The notes under the pieces were generated by a model. The model ran no database searches. It was not told the origin of the DNA and saw only the letters and a program-made list of their open reading frames with translations. DNA of 63,974 nt, filler included, from an uncultured Gemmatimonadota bacterium (GTDB lineage: Bacteria > GCA-2686955): the NCBI GenBank assembly GCA_964490075.1. It is 5 parts of 4 records of this genome, joined end to end, with 100 filler letters (N's around TTAATTAATTAA, not from the genome) between each part and the next. Parts side by side here need not be neighbours in the genome. Positions count along the whole stretch, not along the records: positions 40,998 to 63,974 come from CAZBBK010000079.1; 4 more parts are not named here. One strand, written 5' to 3'. Position numbers and translations under genes: made by a program. Below, piece after piece: positions 56,306-63,974 of the stretch. Numbering within the stretch: the first letter of the stretch is position 1; the number at the start of each line of letters is the position of its first letter.

Positions 56306-58753
56306 CTACTGCAGATAGACCTCCAGGCCATTCGACTTGGACTCCGGAGGCAGGGGATCGGCGCCGGTCCACTGCACGTAGACCCGCAGGTCGGCCGGCG
56401 CCCGATCCGGGACCGCCAGATTCAGCACGCCTTCACCCGCTCCGTCCAGGTCGAGCGCGAAGGGACCGACCAGCGGGGGGGCGATCAGGTCGCAGCCGCC
56501 CGAAGTGTCGGCGACGGTCGAGACGAAGAGCTCCCCGGTGCTGCCCGGCAGCCCGTCGATGATGCGCAGCTCGATGCTACCGCCCGGCGTCGCCTCGCCC
56601 GCGGCGGAGAGGCTCGGCGTGTAGCCGCTGGAGCCCGCGCAGCCGGCTCCGTACTCGGTAAAGAAGGGCCCGCGGCAGACATGGCCCTGGCTGCCCAGCA
56701 AGTAGACGTCGTCGACCGCCCACCACCAGTCGTACTGAGAATCGTAGTAGTGGAAGCGCACCTGGAGGTCGCTCTGGCCGGCGGCGTAGGAAGTGATGTC
56801 GAGCGTCACCACGCCGCTGGCATCGGCGTCCTGGTAGTTGGCAACCCTCACCCAGTCGCCGGTCAGCGACGACCGAACATCAACATCGGCCTGCTCGTCC
56901 GGTCCTCCTGAGTAGTAGTTGAAATCGTGGCTGAACTGCAGAGTCACGAGCTGGAAACCGGAGGCATCGATCTCGGGGCTGATCAGCTCCTCGTCCATCG
57001 GATCGTCGGTGCCGTGGGCGTCGGAGTCGGCGATGGCGAAGGGCGAGGCGAGCGACAGATCGCGACCGCCGGGATTGCTCGTGGTCCAGGTCGCCGCGGG
57101 ACCCGATCCGGTTCCGCCGTCGACCACCGTCCAGGCGTCCAAACCGGCCGCGAAGTCCTCGAAGAAAAGTGTCTCCCAAGATTGGTGGCCCACCTCGTGC
57201 GACGCGAACTCGCTCTGGTCGGGGAAGGGCCCGCCGTTGTCGGCGACCAGGTCGACCAGGTCGAGAATCACCGTCTCACCGCAGGGGATGCTCCGCCCCA
57301 GCGTCATGCGCAGCGGGGCGAGAGCGAGCGCGGTGGCGCCGGGAGCAATGTCGCCAAAGCTCAGCACGGCATCTTCCAGGCGCAGCGGTCGCGCCGAGGC
57401 GGGAGAGAGCCGCACCTCCGCGCGGACGTTCCGCGCCTCGACGTCACACGACCGATTGCGGACCGCCGGCGTTAGCTCGAAGGTCTCGCCCGGGTCCAAA
57501 ACCGTGTCTCCGTTGCCGTTGATCTCGGCGATGGCGCCCAGGCCCACCCCGGCCAGGTCGAGCTGCTCGGAGCACAGGAACTCCTCGATCAGGGGGTAGA
57601 TATCCGACATCAACATGCCGCGGTTGCCGACTCCTGGGGTGGTGCAGCCGCCGCAGTGATGGAGACCGATCATGCGATTGTCGGATTCGCGGAAGATCGG
57701 CGAGCCGGAGCTGCCGCCCTCGGTATCGAGGGTGTCGTAGTAGCGCAGCACCGTGCCGTCGACATCGACGTCGGCGCCGCTGCCATGGGTGATCTCGTGC
57801 GGTCGCCCGTCCGGATGCTGCACGATGTAGATCGCCTCGCCGTCGGTGAGCGGGATCGGATCCGGAATTGCGGAGCCGAATTCGTCGGCCGGATTGCCGA
57901 TGACGTCGCAAAGGCTGAAGTCGAGGTGGTTGATGTCCTGGTCGCAGTCCCCGACCGGCGAGTTGGCGACGATTTGATCGCAGCGGAAGCCCTGCCAGTT
58001 GGTGGTCGGCGGCGAGCCGTCGTTGCAGCCGGTGCGGTAGTAACGAAACACGAACTCGGCCGTGCTGCACTCCCCGGAGCTGCCGACACAATGGTCGTTG
58101 GTCAGCACATAGCCATTGGAAGACACATTGGACGCGGAGCACCAGAGCGCCGTCAGAGGGTCGCCGCCCACCGTCATGACACCGGCCGAGGCGAGGATCG
58201 TCGACCACTTGTCGGTGTCGTTCTGATAGCAGATCACGTCCTCGAAGTCGGCCGGCGCGCAAATGCTCTCCCCCTGCGGCGGATCGTCGCCCAGGATTCG
58301 CGAGTCGCCCACGATCACCTGGTCGATGCGGAAGGGCGGCCGCTGGTAGGGCGCCGAAAAGCGCAGCTCGATGGCCAGCTCCTCGCCGGCGGCGGAAAGG
58401 GCCCAGAAGCTGCCCCAGTCCTGGGGGCCGCGGCCGGTGAGGGTCTCCACCAGCGCCCCGTCGCCGTTGCGCAGGGTGAGCGAGTCCCCCGGGCGCAGGT
58501 TGAGGTCGACCAGGTGAGCCTTGAGGAAGCTGGCTTCCTTGACGCGCAGGAGCTCGCTCCAGAGCAGTCGATCGCCGTCGGCGACCGCTTCGGTCAGCTC
58601 GGGGAGCACCTCGATGGCCTGGCTCCATCCCACCACCGGGAGCGCCGGCTGGTCGTCGATCTTGGAGGCCGGCGCGTGGGTCGCGCCCGCCGCGCAGGCC
58701 AGAATGAGCGCAAGCGACGCGCGGGTCGGAAGGAGATCAGAGAGCTTCTGCAT
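56306..58753 (-). CDS. Secreted trypsin-like serine protease (lysyl endopeptidase-like) with C-terminal beta-sandwich domains
   Basis: Signal peptide, triad TNDHC / LDFSL / DTEGGSSGSP, MAM/adhesin-like domain (FFEDF...WAVDDV), terminal YGAGCAG...SNGL domain. Confidence 0.88.
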   Translation of the reverse strand: MQKLSDLLPTRASLALILACAAGATHAPASKIDDQPALPVVGWSQAIEVLPELTEAVADGDRLLWSELLRVKEASFLKAHLVDLNLRPGDSLTLRNGDGALVETLTGRGPQDWGSFWALSAAGEELAIELRFSAPYQRPPFRIDQVIVGDSRILGDDPPQGESICAPADFEDVICYQNDTDKWSTILASAGVMTVGGDPLTALWCSASNVSSNGYVLTNDHCVGSSGECSTAEFVFRYYRTGCNDGSPPTTNWQGFRCDQIVANSPVGDCDQDINHLDFSLCDVIGNPADEFGSAIPDPIPLTDGEAIYIVQHPDGRPHEITHGSGADVDVDGTVLRYYDTLDTEGGSSGSPIFRESDNRMIGLHHCGGCTTPGVGNRGMLMSDIYPLIEEFLCSEQLDLAGVGLGAIAEINGNGDTVLDPGETFELTPAVRNRSCDVEARNVRAEVRLSPASARPLRLEDAVLSFGDIAPGATALALAPLRMTLGRSIPCGETVILDLVDLVADNGGPFPDQSEFASHEVGHQSWETLFFEDFAAGLDAWTVVDGGTGSGPAATWTTSNPGGRDLSLASPFAIADSDAHGTDDPMDEELISPEIDASGFQLVTLQFSHDFNYYSGGPDEQADVDVRSSLTGDWVRVANYQDADASGVVTLDITSYAAGQSDLQVRFHYYDSQYDWWWAVDDVYLLGSQGHVCRGPFFTEYGAGCAGSSGYTPSLSAAGEATPGGSIELRIIDGLPGSTGELFVSTVADTSGGCDLIAPPLVGPFALDLDGAGEGVLNLAVPDRAPADLRVYVQWTGADPLPPESKSNGLEVYLQ

Positions 58754-58838
58754 GGCGGGCGCCCTTCGGTTGGCTTGGGTTGTGTGCGATGCCCCGAGAT
58801 CACGGCGTCGTTTGAGATCCGGCGATCTCCTCGATACC

Positions 58839-59378
58839 ATGCGCTTCGTGAAGCATAACGTCTCTTCCCTGGTGAAGCTCCTGGCCTCGCATTGGGTGCT
58901 CTCGCTGGCCACCGCGGATCGAGGCGGAAGGCCATACGCCACACCGCTCTTCTACGCTGCGCTGGGGCCCGACGAGGGACCGGCTCCGGGGGCGCCCCTG
59001 CTGATCTTCGCCAGCAAGCCCTCGAGCACCCACGGCACCCAGATCGGGGACGGACCGCGCCGGGTGGCGGCATCGGTGCAGCTCGAGACCGAGACGGTGG
59101 GCCGGATCCACGGGGCGCAGCTGGTGGGCCACGCGCTGCGCCTGCGGCTCTGCTCCGGCGCGGCCCGCGACGCGCTGGAGCGGGTCTACCTGCGGCGCCA
59201 CCCGGTCGCGCGCGCGCTGCTGAGCGGCGATTCCGACGAGGAGCTCTACCTCCTGGTGGTGAGCTGGGCCAAGCTGACCGACAACCGTCTGGGGCTGGGC
59301 AAGCACCATATCTTCCGCTTTCGCCCGGCGTGGTCGAAGCTGGGAATCGTCGAGCCCGAGGACCCGTATCCGTTATGA
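58839..59378 (+). CDS. Pyridoxamine 5'-phosphate oxidase-like split-barrel protein (YhbP/UPF0306-like)
   Basis: VLSLAT...P...LFY, S...S.H, VAASV..ET...I.G.Q, KLTDN.LG.G. Confidence 0.75.
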   Translation: MRFVKHNVSSLVKLLASHWVLSLATADRGGRPYATPLFYAALGPDEGPAPGAPLLIFASKPSSTHGTQIGDGPRRVAASVQLETETVGRIHGAQLVGHALRLRLCSGAARDALERVYLRRHPVARALLSGDSDEELYLLVVSWAKLTDNRLGLGKHHIFRFRPAWSKLGIVEPEDPYPL

Positions 59379-59424
59379 TGGACGGTTACGAGATCGTTCG
59401 TGTTCATTCAAAGGGAGACTTCTG

Positions 59425-60453
59425 ATGATCCGCAGATTCGCGATCGCCGCCGCCTGTGCCCCCCTCGCGCAGGCCGCGGTGATTCAGGTTCCCGGCGACT
59501 ACACCGAGATCCAGGCCGCGATCGACGCCGCCGCGGACGGCGACGTGGTGCAGGTGGCGGCGGGCACCTACCTGGAGACGATCCGCTTCAGCGGCAAGGC
59601 GATCCGGGTCAGCGGCGCCGGTGCCGGGCGGAGCGTGATCGACGGTGGAGCGGGCGGCTCCACGGTGACCTTCGCCGACCACGAGGATTCCGGCTCGGTG
59701 CTGGAGCACTTCACGATCACCGGGGGCAACGGCACCTCGACCGGCATCGGCAGCCGGTCCGGCGGCGGGGTCTTCATCCAGGGAACGACCTGGGGAGTAC
59801 CAGGACCGACGATTCGCGCCTGCGAGATCGCGGGCAACCGGGCCAGCGGCCTCTTCGGCTACGGAGGCGGCATCATGGTTGCCGAGGCATCGCCGATGGT
59901 CCTCGCCTGCGACATCCACGACAACGAGGCCGGAGACCCATCACTGCTCGGCGGCGGCGGCGTGGCGCTGATCGAGTCGCGCGCCACGATCGCCGGCTGC
60001 CGGATCGCCGGCAACACCTCCGGTCCGGGCGGCGGCATCTCCCTGGGCGACACCGACGCGCTGGTGCTGAACTGCACCGTGGTCGGCAACCAGGCGAGCG
60101 GCGGCGGTGGGATCTTCGTCATCACCGACGGCGGCAACGAGATCCGCAACACTCTCGTCTGGGACAACGTCGCCCCTGTCGATCCCGCGATCCACGCCGA
60201 AGGCGACCCGCCCCTGGTCGAGTACGGCTGCATCGAAGGCGGCTGGCCGGGAACCGGCAACATCGCCTCCAATCCCGACCTGGTCGACTACCTGGCGTGG
60301 AATGACGTGCTCAACCTGGGCAGCCCCTGCATCGATGCCGGGGATCCCGACTCGGGATTCGACGATTCCGTGGTCTGGCCGCCCTGGTACGCCAACGGCG
60401 CGCGCTCCGACATCGGGGCCTACGGCGGGCCGACGATTTTCTTGTGGAAGTAG
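59425..60453 (+). CDS. Secreted right-handed beta-helix protein
   Basis: Signal peptide, VPGDYTEIQAAIDAAADGD, GGG(I/V) repeats, SPCIDAGDP...RSDIGAYGGP. Confidence 0.88.
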   Translation: MIRRFAIAAACAPLAQAAVIQVPGDYTEIQAAIDAAADGDVVQVAAGTYLETIRFSGKAIRVSGAGAGRSVIDGGAGGSTVTFADHEDSGSVLEHFTITGGNGTSTGIGSRSGGGVFIQGTTWGVPGPTIRACEIAGNRASGLFGYGGGIMVAEASPMVLACDIHDNEAGDPSLLGGGGVALIESRATIAGCRIAGNTSGPGGGISLGDTDALVLNCTVVGNQASGGGGIFVITDGGNEIRNTLVWDNVAPVDPAIHAEGDPPLVEYGCIEGGWPGTGNIASNPDLVDYLAWNDVLNLGSPCIDAGDPDSGFDDSVVWPPWYANGARSDIGAYGGPTIFLWK

Positions 60454-60752
60454 CCGGCGGACCGACAACGCCTGGATGAGCGTGGATCGATGAGGCGATT
60501 TCACGATTCGTCATGCATCGGTCATGCTGCCGTCACATCGTCCAGGCATTCTCCTGCCTACAAGACCGCTGGACATGGAGCACGGTGTCCCCCCCCAACG
60601 CCGATGCCCCGGCCGCCTCCCCCCGCGGCCGAGTCCAGCCGGGGCACGCCGCCCCCCCCGGCGTGACTCCGAACGACGCACCGGCCGTTCCGCCCCAACG
60701 GCCGGTGCGTGTGCGTACGGCGCCGAAACCTCGACGCGACGGCGGCGCATTC

Positions 60753-62567
60753 CTACCACCCATGCGGCCGCTCCTCCAGGATCGGCAGACGCTCGTGGGT
60801 GGTGAGCAGCCAGCGGTCGATCTCGATCGCGGCGCCGTGGACGGAGAGGTCCAGCTCGTGCAGGCCAACCTGCAAGGTGCGGCGCCCGAGCTCGATCCAG
60901 CGCCAGCGGCCCGGGGAGGCGGCGACCTGGCCGGTGGGGCGCCAGGGGAAGCCGTCGAGGGTGGCGACGATCTTGGGGAGGGCCGTCGTTGCGCCGGTAT
61001 CGTCTTGGCGGCGGCGCGCCCGAACCCAGAGGCTGTACTTCTTGAAGGCGGGGACTTCGGTGCGGTAGTGGAGCGAGGCTCTCGCGACCGCGGCGCGCGC
61101 CTCGGTCGAGCCGCCGGCCGACCGCTCGGTGACCGCGATGAGCTCGGAGGAGGGCCTCACGAAGGCATGCCCCCAGGCGGAAGTGTCGCTGGCGACGCTC
61201 CAGCCGGCGCGGCCGTTGGCCGACTCGGCTTCGCGGTAGATCAGCTTGTGGTAGGAGCCGGTGTGCCAGTTGTCGTACATCCAGCGGGCGCATTCGATGC
61301 GGTCTGGGTCCCAGACGCCGGGGGTGTCGTAGGCGTGGACTTGGGTGCTGCTGTGCAGGATGATCTCGGTGTCGCCGTCGGAGTCCAGGTCGGCGAGGGT
61401 GGCGGTACCCTGGTCGAAGGTGGCCTCGAGATTGATCGGGAAGCGGTCGACCACGCTGCCATCGAGGTTCAGTGCCCAATCTCCGGGTGGGCAACCCGAC
61501 ATGAAGCCTTCGGGATCGGGGTCGCCGTCCAGGTCGGCGACCACGAACTGCGCGTAGCAGCGACAGTTACGCTCCCAGGGCCAGCCGGGGGCCAACTGCC
61601 CGCGGCGATCGTAGAGGAAGGCGCCGCCCTGGGTCTGGTGGGCCAGCAAGGCGATTGCCGGGCGACCCCTGGCGCCAATTGCTACCGGCATTCCTTCGAC
61701 ATGCCCGAAGCCGGGCTCCGGAGGCCACCCCTGGACTGGATCGCCCTGCCAGTCGATCACGTGGATTTTGGTGCCACGGTCGGGCGCGATGATCTCGGGG
61801 TGCAGATCGCCCTGCAAGTCGGCGACCGACATCGGCTGGATGATCAATCCGCCGGAGACCTCGGCCAGGATCGCGGTCTCGGCGAAGGGGGTGCCGTCGT
61901 GGTGGTAGGCGTAGATCCAGCCAGGACCTACATATACCAGACAAGCACCAACGAGAATCTCGAGGTCCCCGTCCATGTCAAGATCAGTGTACACGACCGA
62001 GCTCTGGATCTGTCTATCGAGGGCCTTTGGCCACCCCGGCAGATCAGTGCCGCGCCAGTTGAAGACATGAATCACGGCGCTAGATGCGAGCTGCTCGGAT
62101 ACAGAGCAACCAATCTCCAACTTCCCGTCCCCGTCAAGGTCCATAAAGCTCACTCCACCAAACGACATCCATTTCAACTCGACCGGCCAACCTCGAGGAA
62201 GCGTACCGTCGTGACGGTACACGACGGCTTCCGTCGGTTCGGTGGTCCGGTAGGGAACGACCACGACCTCGATGCGGCCGTCGTTGTCGAAGTCCGCACC
62301 TGGAATCGCCCCCTCCATGCGGTGTTTCATGTACTTCGGCCAGCCCTCCAGCGGGAAACCGTCGCTCGACCAGGCCATGATGTCGACGTCCGACCAGGCG
62401 CCTCCGTCCGAGGAGATCACGTCCAGCTCACCATCACCATCCACGTCGACCACCAGGGGGCCGCCAGCGTTCTGGCGGTACGCGACCGGCCAGCCGTCGT
62501 TCTCCCTCATCGGACCAGGCGCCGGCAACACCTGAGCACCCAGAACCGCCCAGAGCAGACACAACAT
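60753..62567 (-). CDS. Secreted FG-GAP/VCBS-repeat protein with a C-terminal carbohydrate-binding-like domain
   Basis: GGAGGT RBS then MLCLLWAVLGAQ; repeated D(L/V)DGDGxxE and GxxxxGWP; tail YREAES...YSLWVRAR...IDRWLL. Confidence 0.82.
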   Translation of the reverse strand: MLCLLWAVLGAQVLPAPGPMRENDGWPVAYRQNAGGPLVVDVDGDGELDVISSDGGAWSDVDIMAWSSDGFPLEGWPKYMKHRMEGAIPGADFDNDGRIEVVVVPYRTTEPTEAVVYRHDGTLPRGWPVELKWMSFGGVSFMDLDGDGKLEIGCSVSEQLASSAVIHVFNWRGTDLPGWPKALDRQIQSSVVYTDLDMDGDLEILVGACLVYVGPGWIYAYHHDGTPFAETAILAEVSGGLIIQPMSVADLQGDLHPEIIAPDRGTKIHVIDWQGDPVQGWPPEPGFGHVEGMPVAIGARGRPAIALLAHQTQGGAFLYDRRGQLAPGWPWERNCRCYAQFVVADLDGDPDPEGFMSGCPPGDWALNLDGSVVDRFPINLEATFDQGTATLADLDSDGDTEIILHSSTQVHAYDTPGVWDPDRIECARWMYDNWHTGSYHKLIYREAESANGRAGWSVASDTSAWGHAFVRPSSELIAVTERSAGGSTEARAAVARASLHYRTEVPAFKKYSLWVRARRRQDDTGATTALPKIVATLDGFPWRPTGQVAASPGRWRWIELGRRTLQVGLHELDLSVHGAAIEIDRWLLTTHERLPILEERPHGW

Positions 62568-62616
62568 AATTATACCTCCGCGGGCGGGCGACCGCCCGCC
62601 CGCGATACTCAAGTAG

Positions 62617-63974
62617 CTAGTTGGTGCACTGCACGACGTATTCGGCGTACTCGAGGCACTCCTCTCCTCCCGTTGGATCCCACCAGTTGTTGGGGCCGCC
62701 GAAGGCGCCGGCGTCGTTGCGAGAGCTCCACACGCCCGGGCCACCGGTAGCGTCCTTGTATACGACATCATCCGGCCCCGAGTCCGCGGCGCGCGAGTGC
62801 CTGTCCTTGGGCGATTGCTCGAAATTGTCACATGGCGCTACGATTTCTTCTGTCCACAACATGTAGCTGTACTTCATCGGAGTGCGGCGACCGCGATACC
62901 ACGGCCGGGAGCCGTCGTAGGGTGGCGTCGAATCCCAGTCCTCCGTGCGGTCCTTGGCTACGTTCTGATAGACCGCGTCTCCATAGTGGCCCCCCTGGTT
63001 GTCCCAGTACACGTTGAAGCCGACCGGATCGCTCTCCGACGAGTAGCCGAACTTGGCAGGGTCGGGCGGTTGGACCGAGAAGTCGATCGCCTGATTGCCG
63101 TCCGGACCGGAGTCGGGATCGTCGCGATCACATCGCGTGAGCAGGTTCCCCTTGTAGACACCGACTTTCACTGTCGCGTCATTGGTTAGAATCCCAGGAC
63201 CGTTGTGCATGTCGAATGTGTTGTTGACCAGCCGCTTGAGATTGGTGAAGATCTGAGTGCCGGCGGCGGCGGAAAGCTCTGCGTCTGATACGCATTCTCC
63301 TGGTTCGCGGCACTCCACACCGGCGGTGGTCAAGCCCTGGGCGATGCCGATATCGAGACCGATTCCGCCTAGCTTGATCAGGGGATCTTCCGTCAGATCA
63401 TCGGCTCGACTTCCCGTGAATATGTTGTTCGAGACTACTCCCGCGGATCCGTGCGCAAAGTGGAAGCCGTTCTTCCAGCTGCAGTAGAACAGATTGTGCT
63501 CGACGGTGATATTCCAGTACACGCTCGGGATGAAGGACGGCGGATCGAGGTCCTCATGGATCCGCCCGAAGCTGTGATGCCATCCTTCGTCGATGCGGCT
63601 GCGCACCCGGTTGTTGGCGATCAGCCCCGAGAAGACCCAGCAGGTGGCGCCGTCGGCCGAGGCGTCGATCTCGTTGTCGGTGATCTCGCCCCATTTGATC
63701 GACTGATGGACCAGCTGTTGAGCGTAGTACCCCTCTTCGGGGCGTGTGCCGATAACCAGACCCTTGCCCAGCTTGGTGGGGTAGCCGTCGGGCGAGTAGT
63801 CGCCGTTCACGTTGGTGACCGTGTTGCCGCGGATGAAGAGTCCCGTGTTGTAGAGGCGCAACGGGTCCTCCCTCGACGACCAGACCGAGATCCCGCCCGG
63901 GCGGCCCCTGGTCCAGATATCGAGCCCCTCGATCGTCACCCGCATATTCAGGCAGGTGGGCTTGCTCGTCTCCG
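62617..63974 (-). CDS. Right-handed beta-helix protein, C-terminal part (5' end beyond the window)
   Basis: IxxN repeats (IRGNTV, ITDNEI, VEHNLF, VSNNIF, VNNTF) and tail AADSGP...RNDAGAFGGP. Confidence 0.75.
   Translation of the reverse strand, partial: ETSKPTCLNMRVTIEGLDIWTRGRPGGISVWSSREDPLRLYNTGLFIRGNTVTNVNGDYSPDGYPTKLGKGLVIGTRPEEGYYAQQLVHQSIKWGEITDNEIDASADGATCWVFSGLIANNRVRSRIDEGWHHSFGRIHEDLDPPSFIPSVYWNITVEHNLFYCSWKNGFHFAHGSAGVVSNNIFTGSRADDLTEDPLIKLGGIGLDIGIAQGLTTAGVECREPGECVSDAELSAAAGTQIFTNLKRLVNNTFDMHNGPGILTNDATVKVGVYKGNLLTRCDRDDPDSGPDGNQAIDFSVQPPDPAKFGYSSESDPVGFNVYWDNQGGHYGDAVYQNVAKDRTEDWDSTPPYDGSRPWYRGRRTPMKYSYMLWTEEIVAPCDNFEQSPKDRHSRAADSGPDDVVYKDATGGPGVWSSRNDAGAFGGPNNWWDPTGGEECLEYAEYVVQCTN

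Noticed and set aside
60590..60670. C-runs and GC hairpins between convergent genes (G-quadruplex or terminator)
   Set aside because: There is no U-tract, and such runs are unremarkable at this GC content.

Overview
GC-rich bacterial DNA, apparently a metagenome-assembled genome. Five contig pieces are joined by artificial 100-nt N/TTAATTAATTAA spacers (6168-6267, 7968-8067, 9110-9209, 40898-40997). Core content is nadA behind a perfect NadQ-type operator, a long yajC-def-fmt-tenI-thiS-thiF-(secreted BNR protein)-thiG-rsmB-PASTA-rpe-ffh-rpsP-khpA-rimM-trmD-rplS-yraN cluster, and a complete F1Fo ATP synthase operon (Planctomycete-like, with a 68-aa insert in AtpA and a signal-peptide-bearing c subunit) followed by queE. 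Accessory content includes a complete IS1634-family element, two decaying tandem TPR-GAF-sigma54 activator genes, a 1765-aa Ser/Thr kinase-AAA-TPR-GAF-His kinase-receiver hybrid, a rhodanese-MauE pair, and an expanded family of secreted Cys-rich beta-helix proteins, two of them with a single in-frame stop. Non-coding structure not shown by the ORF track: a 177-bp full-length foldback MITE-like element with a CTGG target duplication, a GTAG-type and a CGTC-type REP family, and an 11-bp motif repeated three times inside the IS (over its -10 box and stop codon). No rRNA, tRNA or CRISPR array was seen. All calls come from motif recognition by eye; no searches were run.
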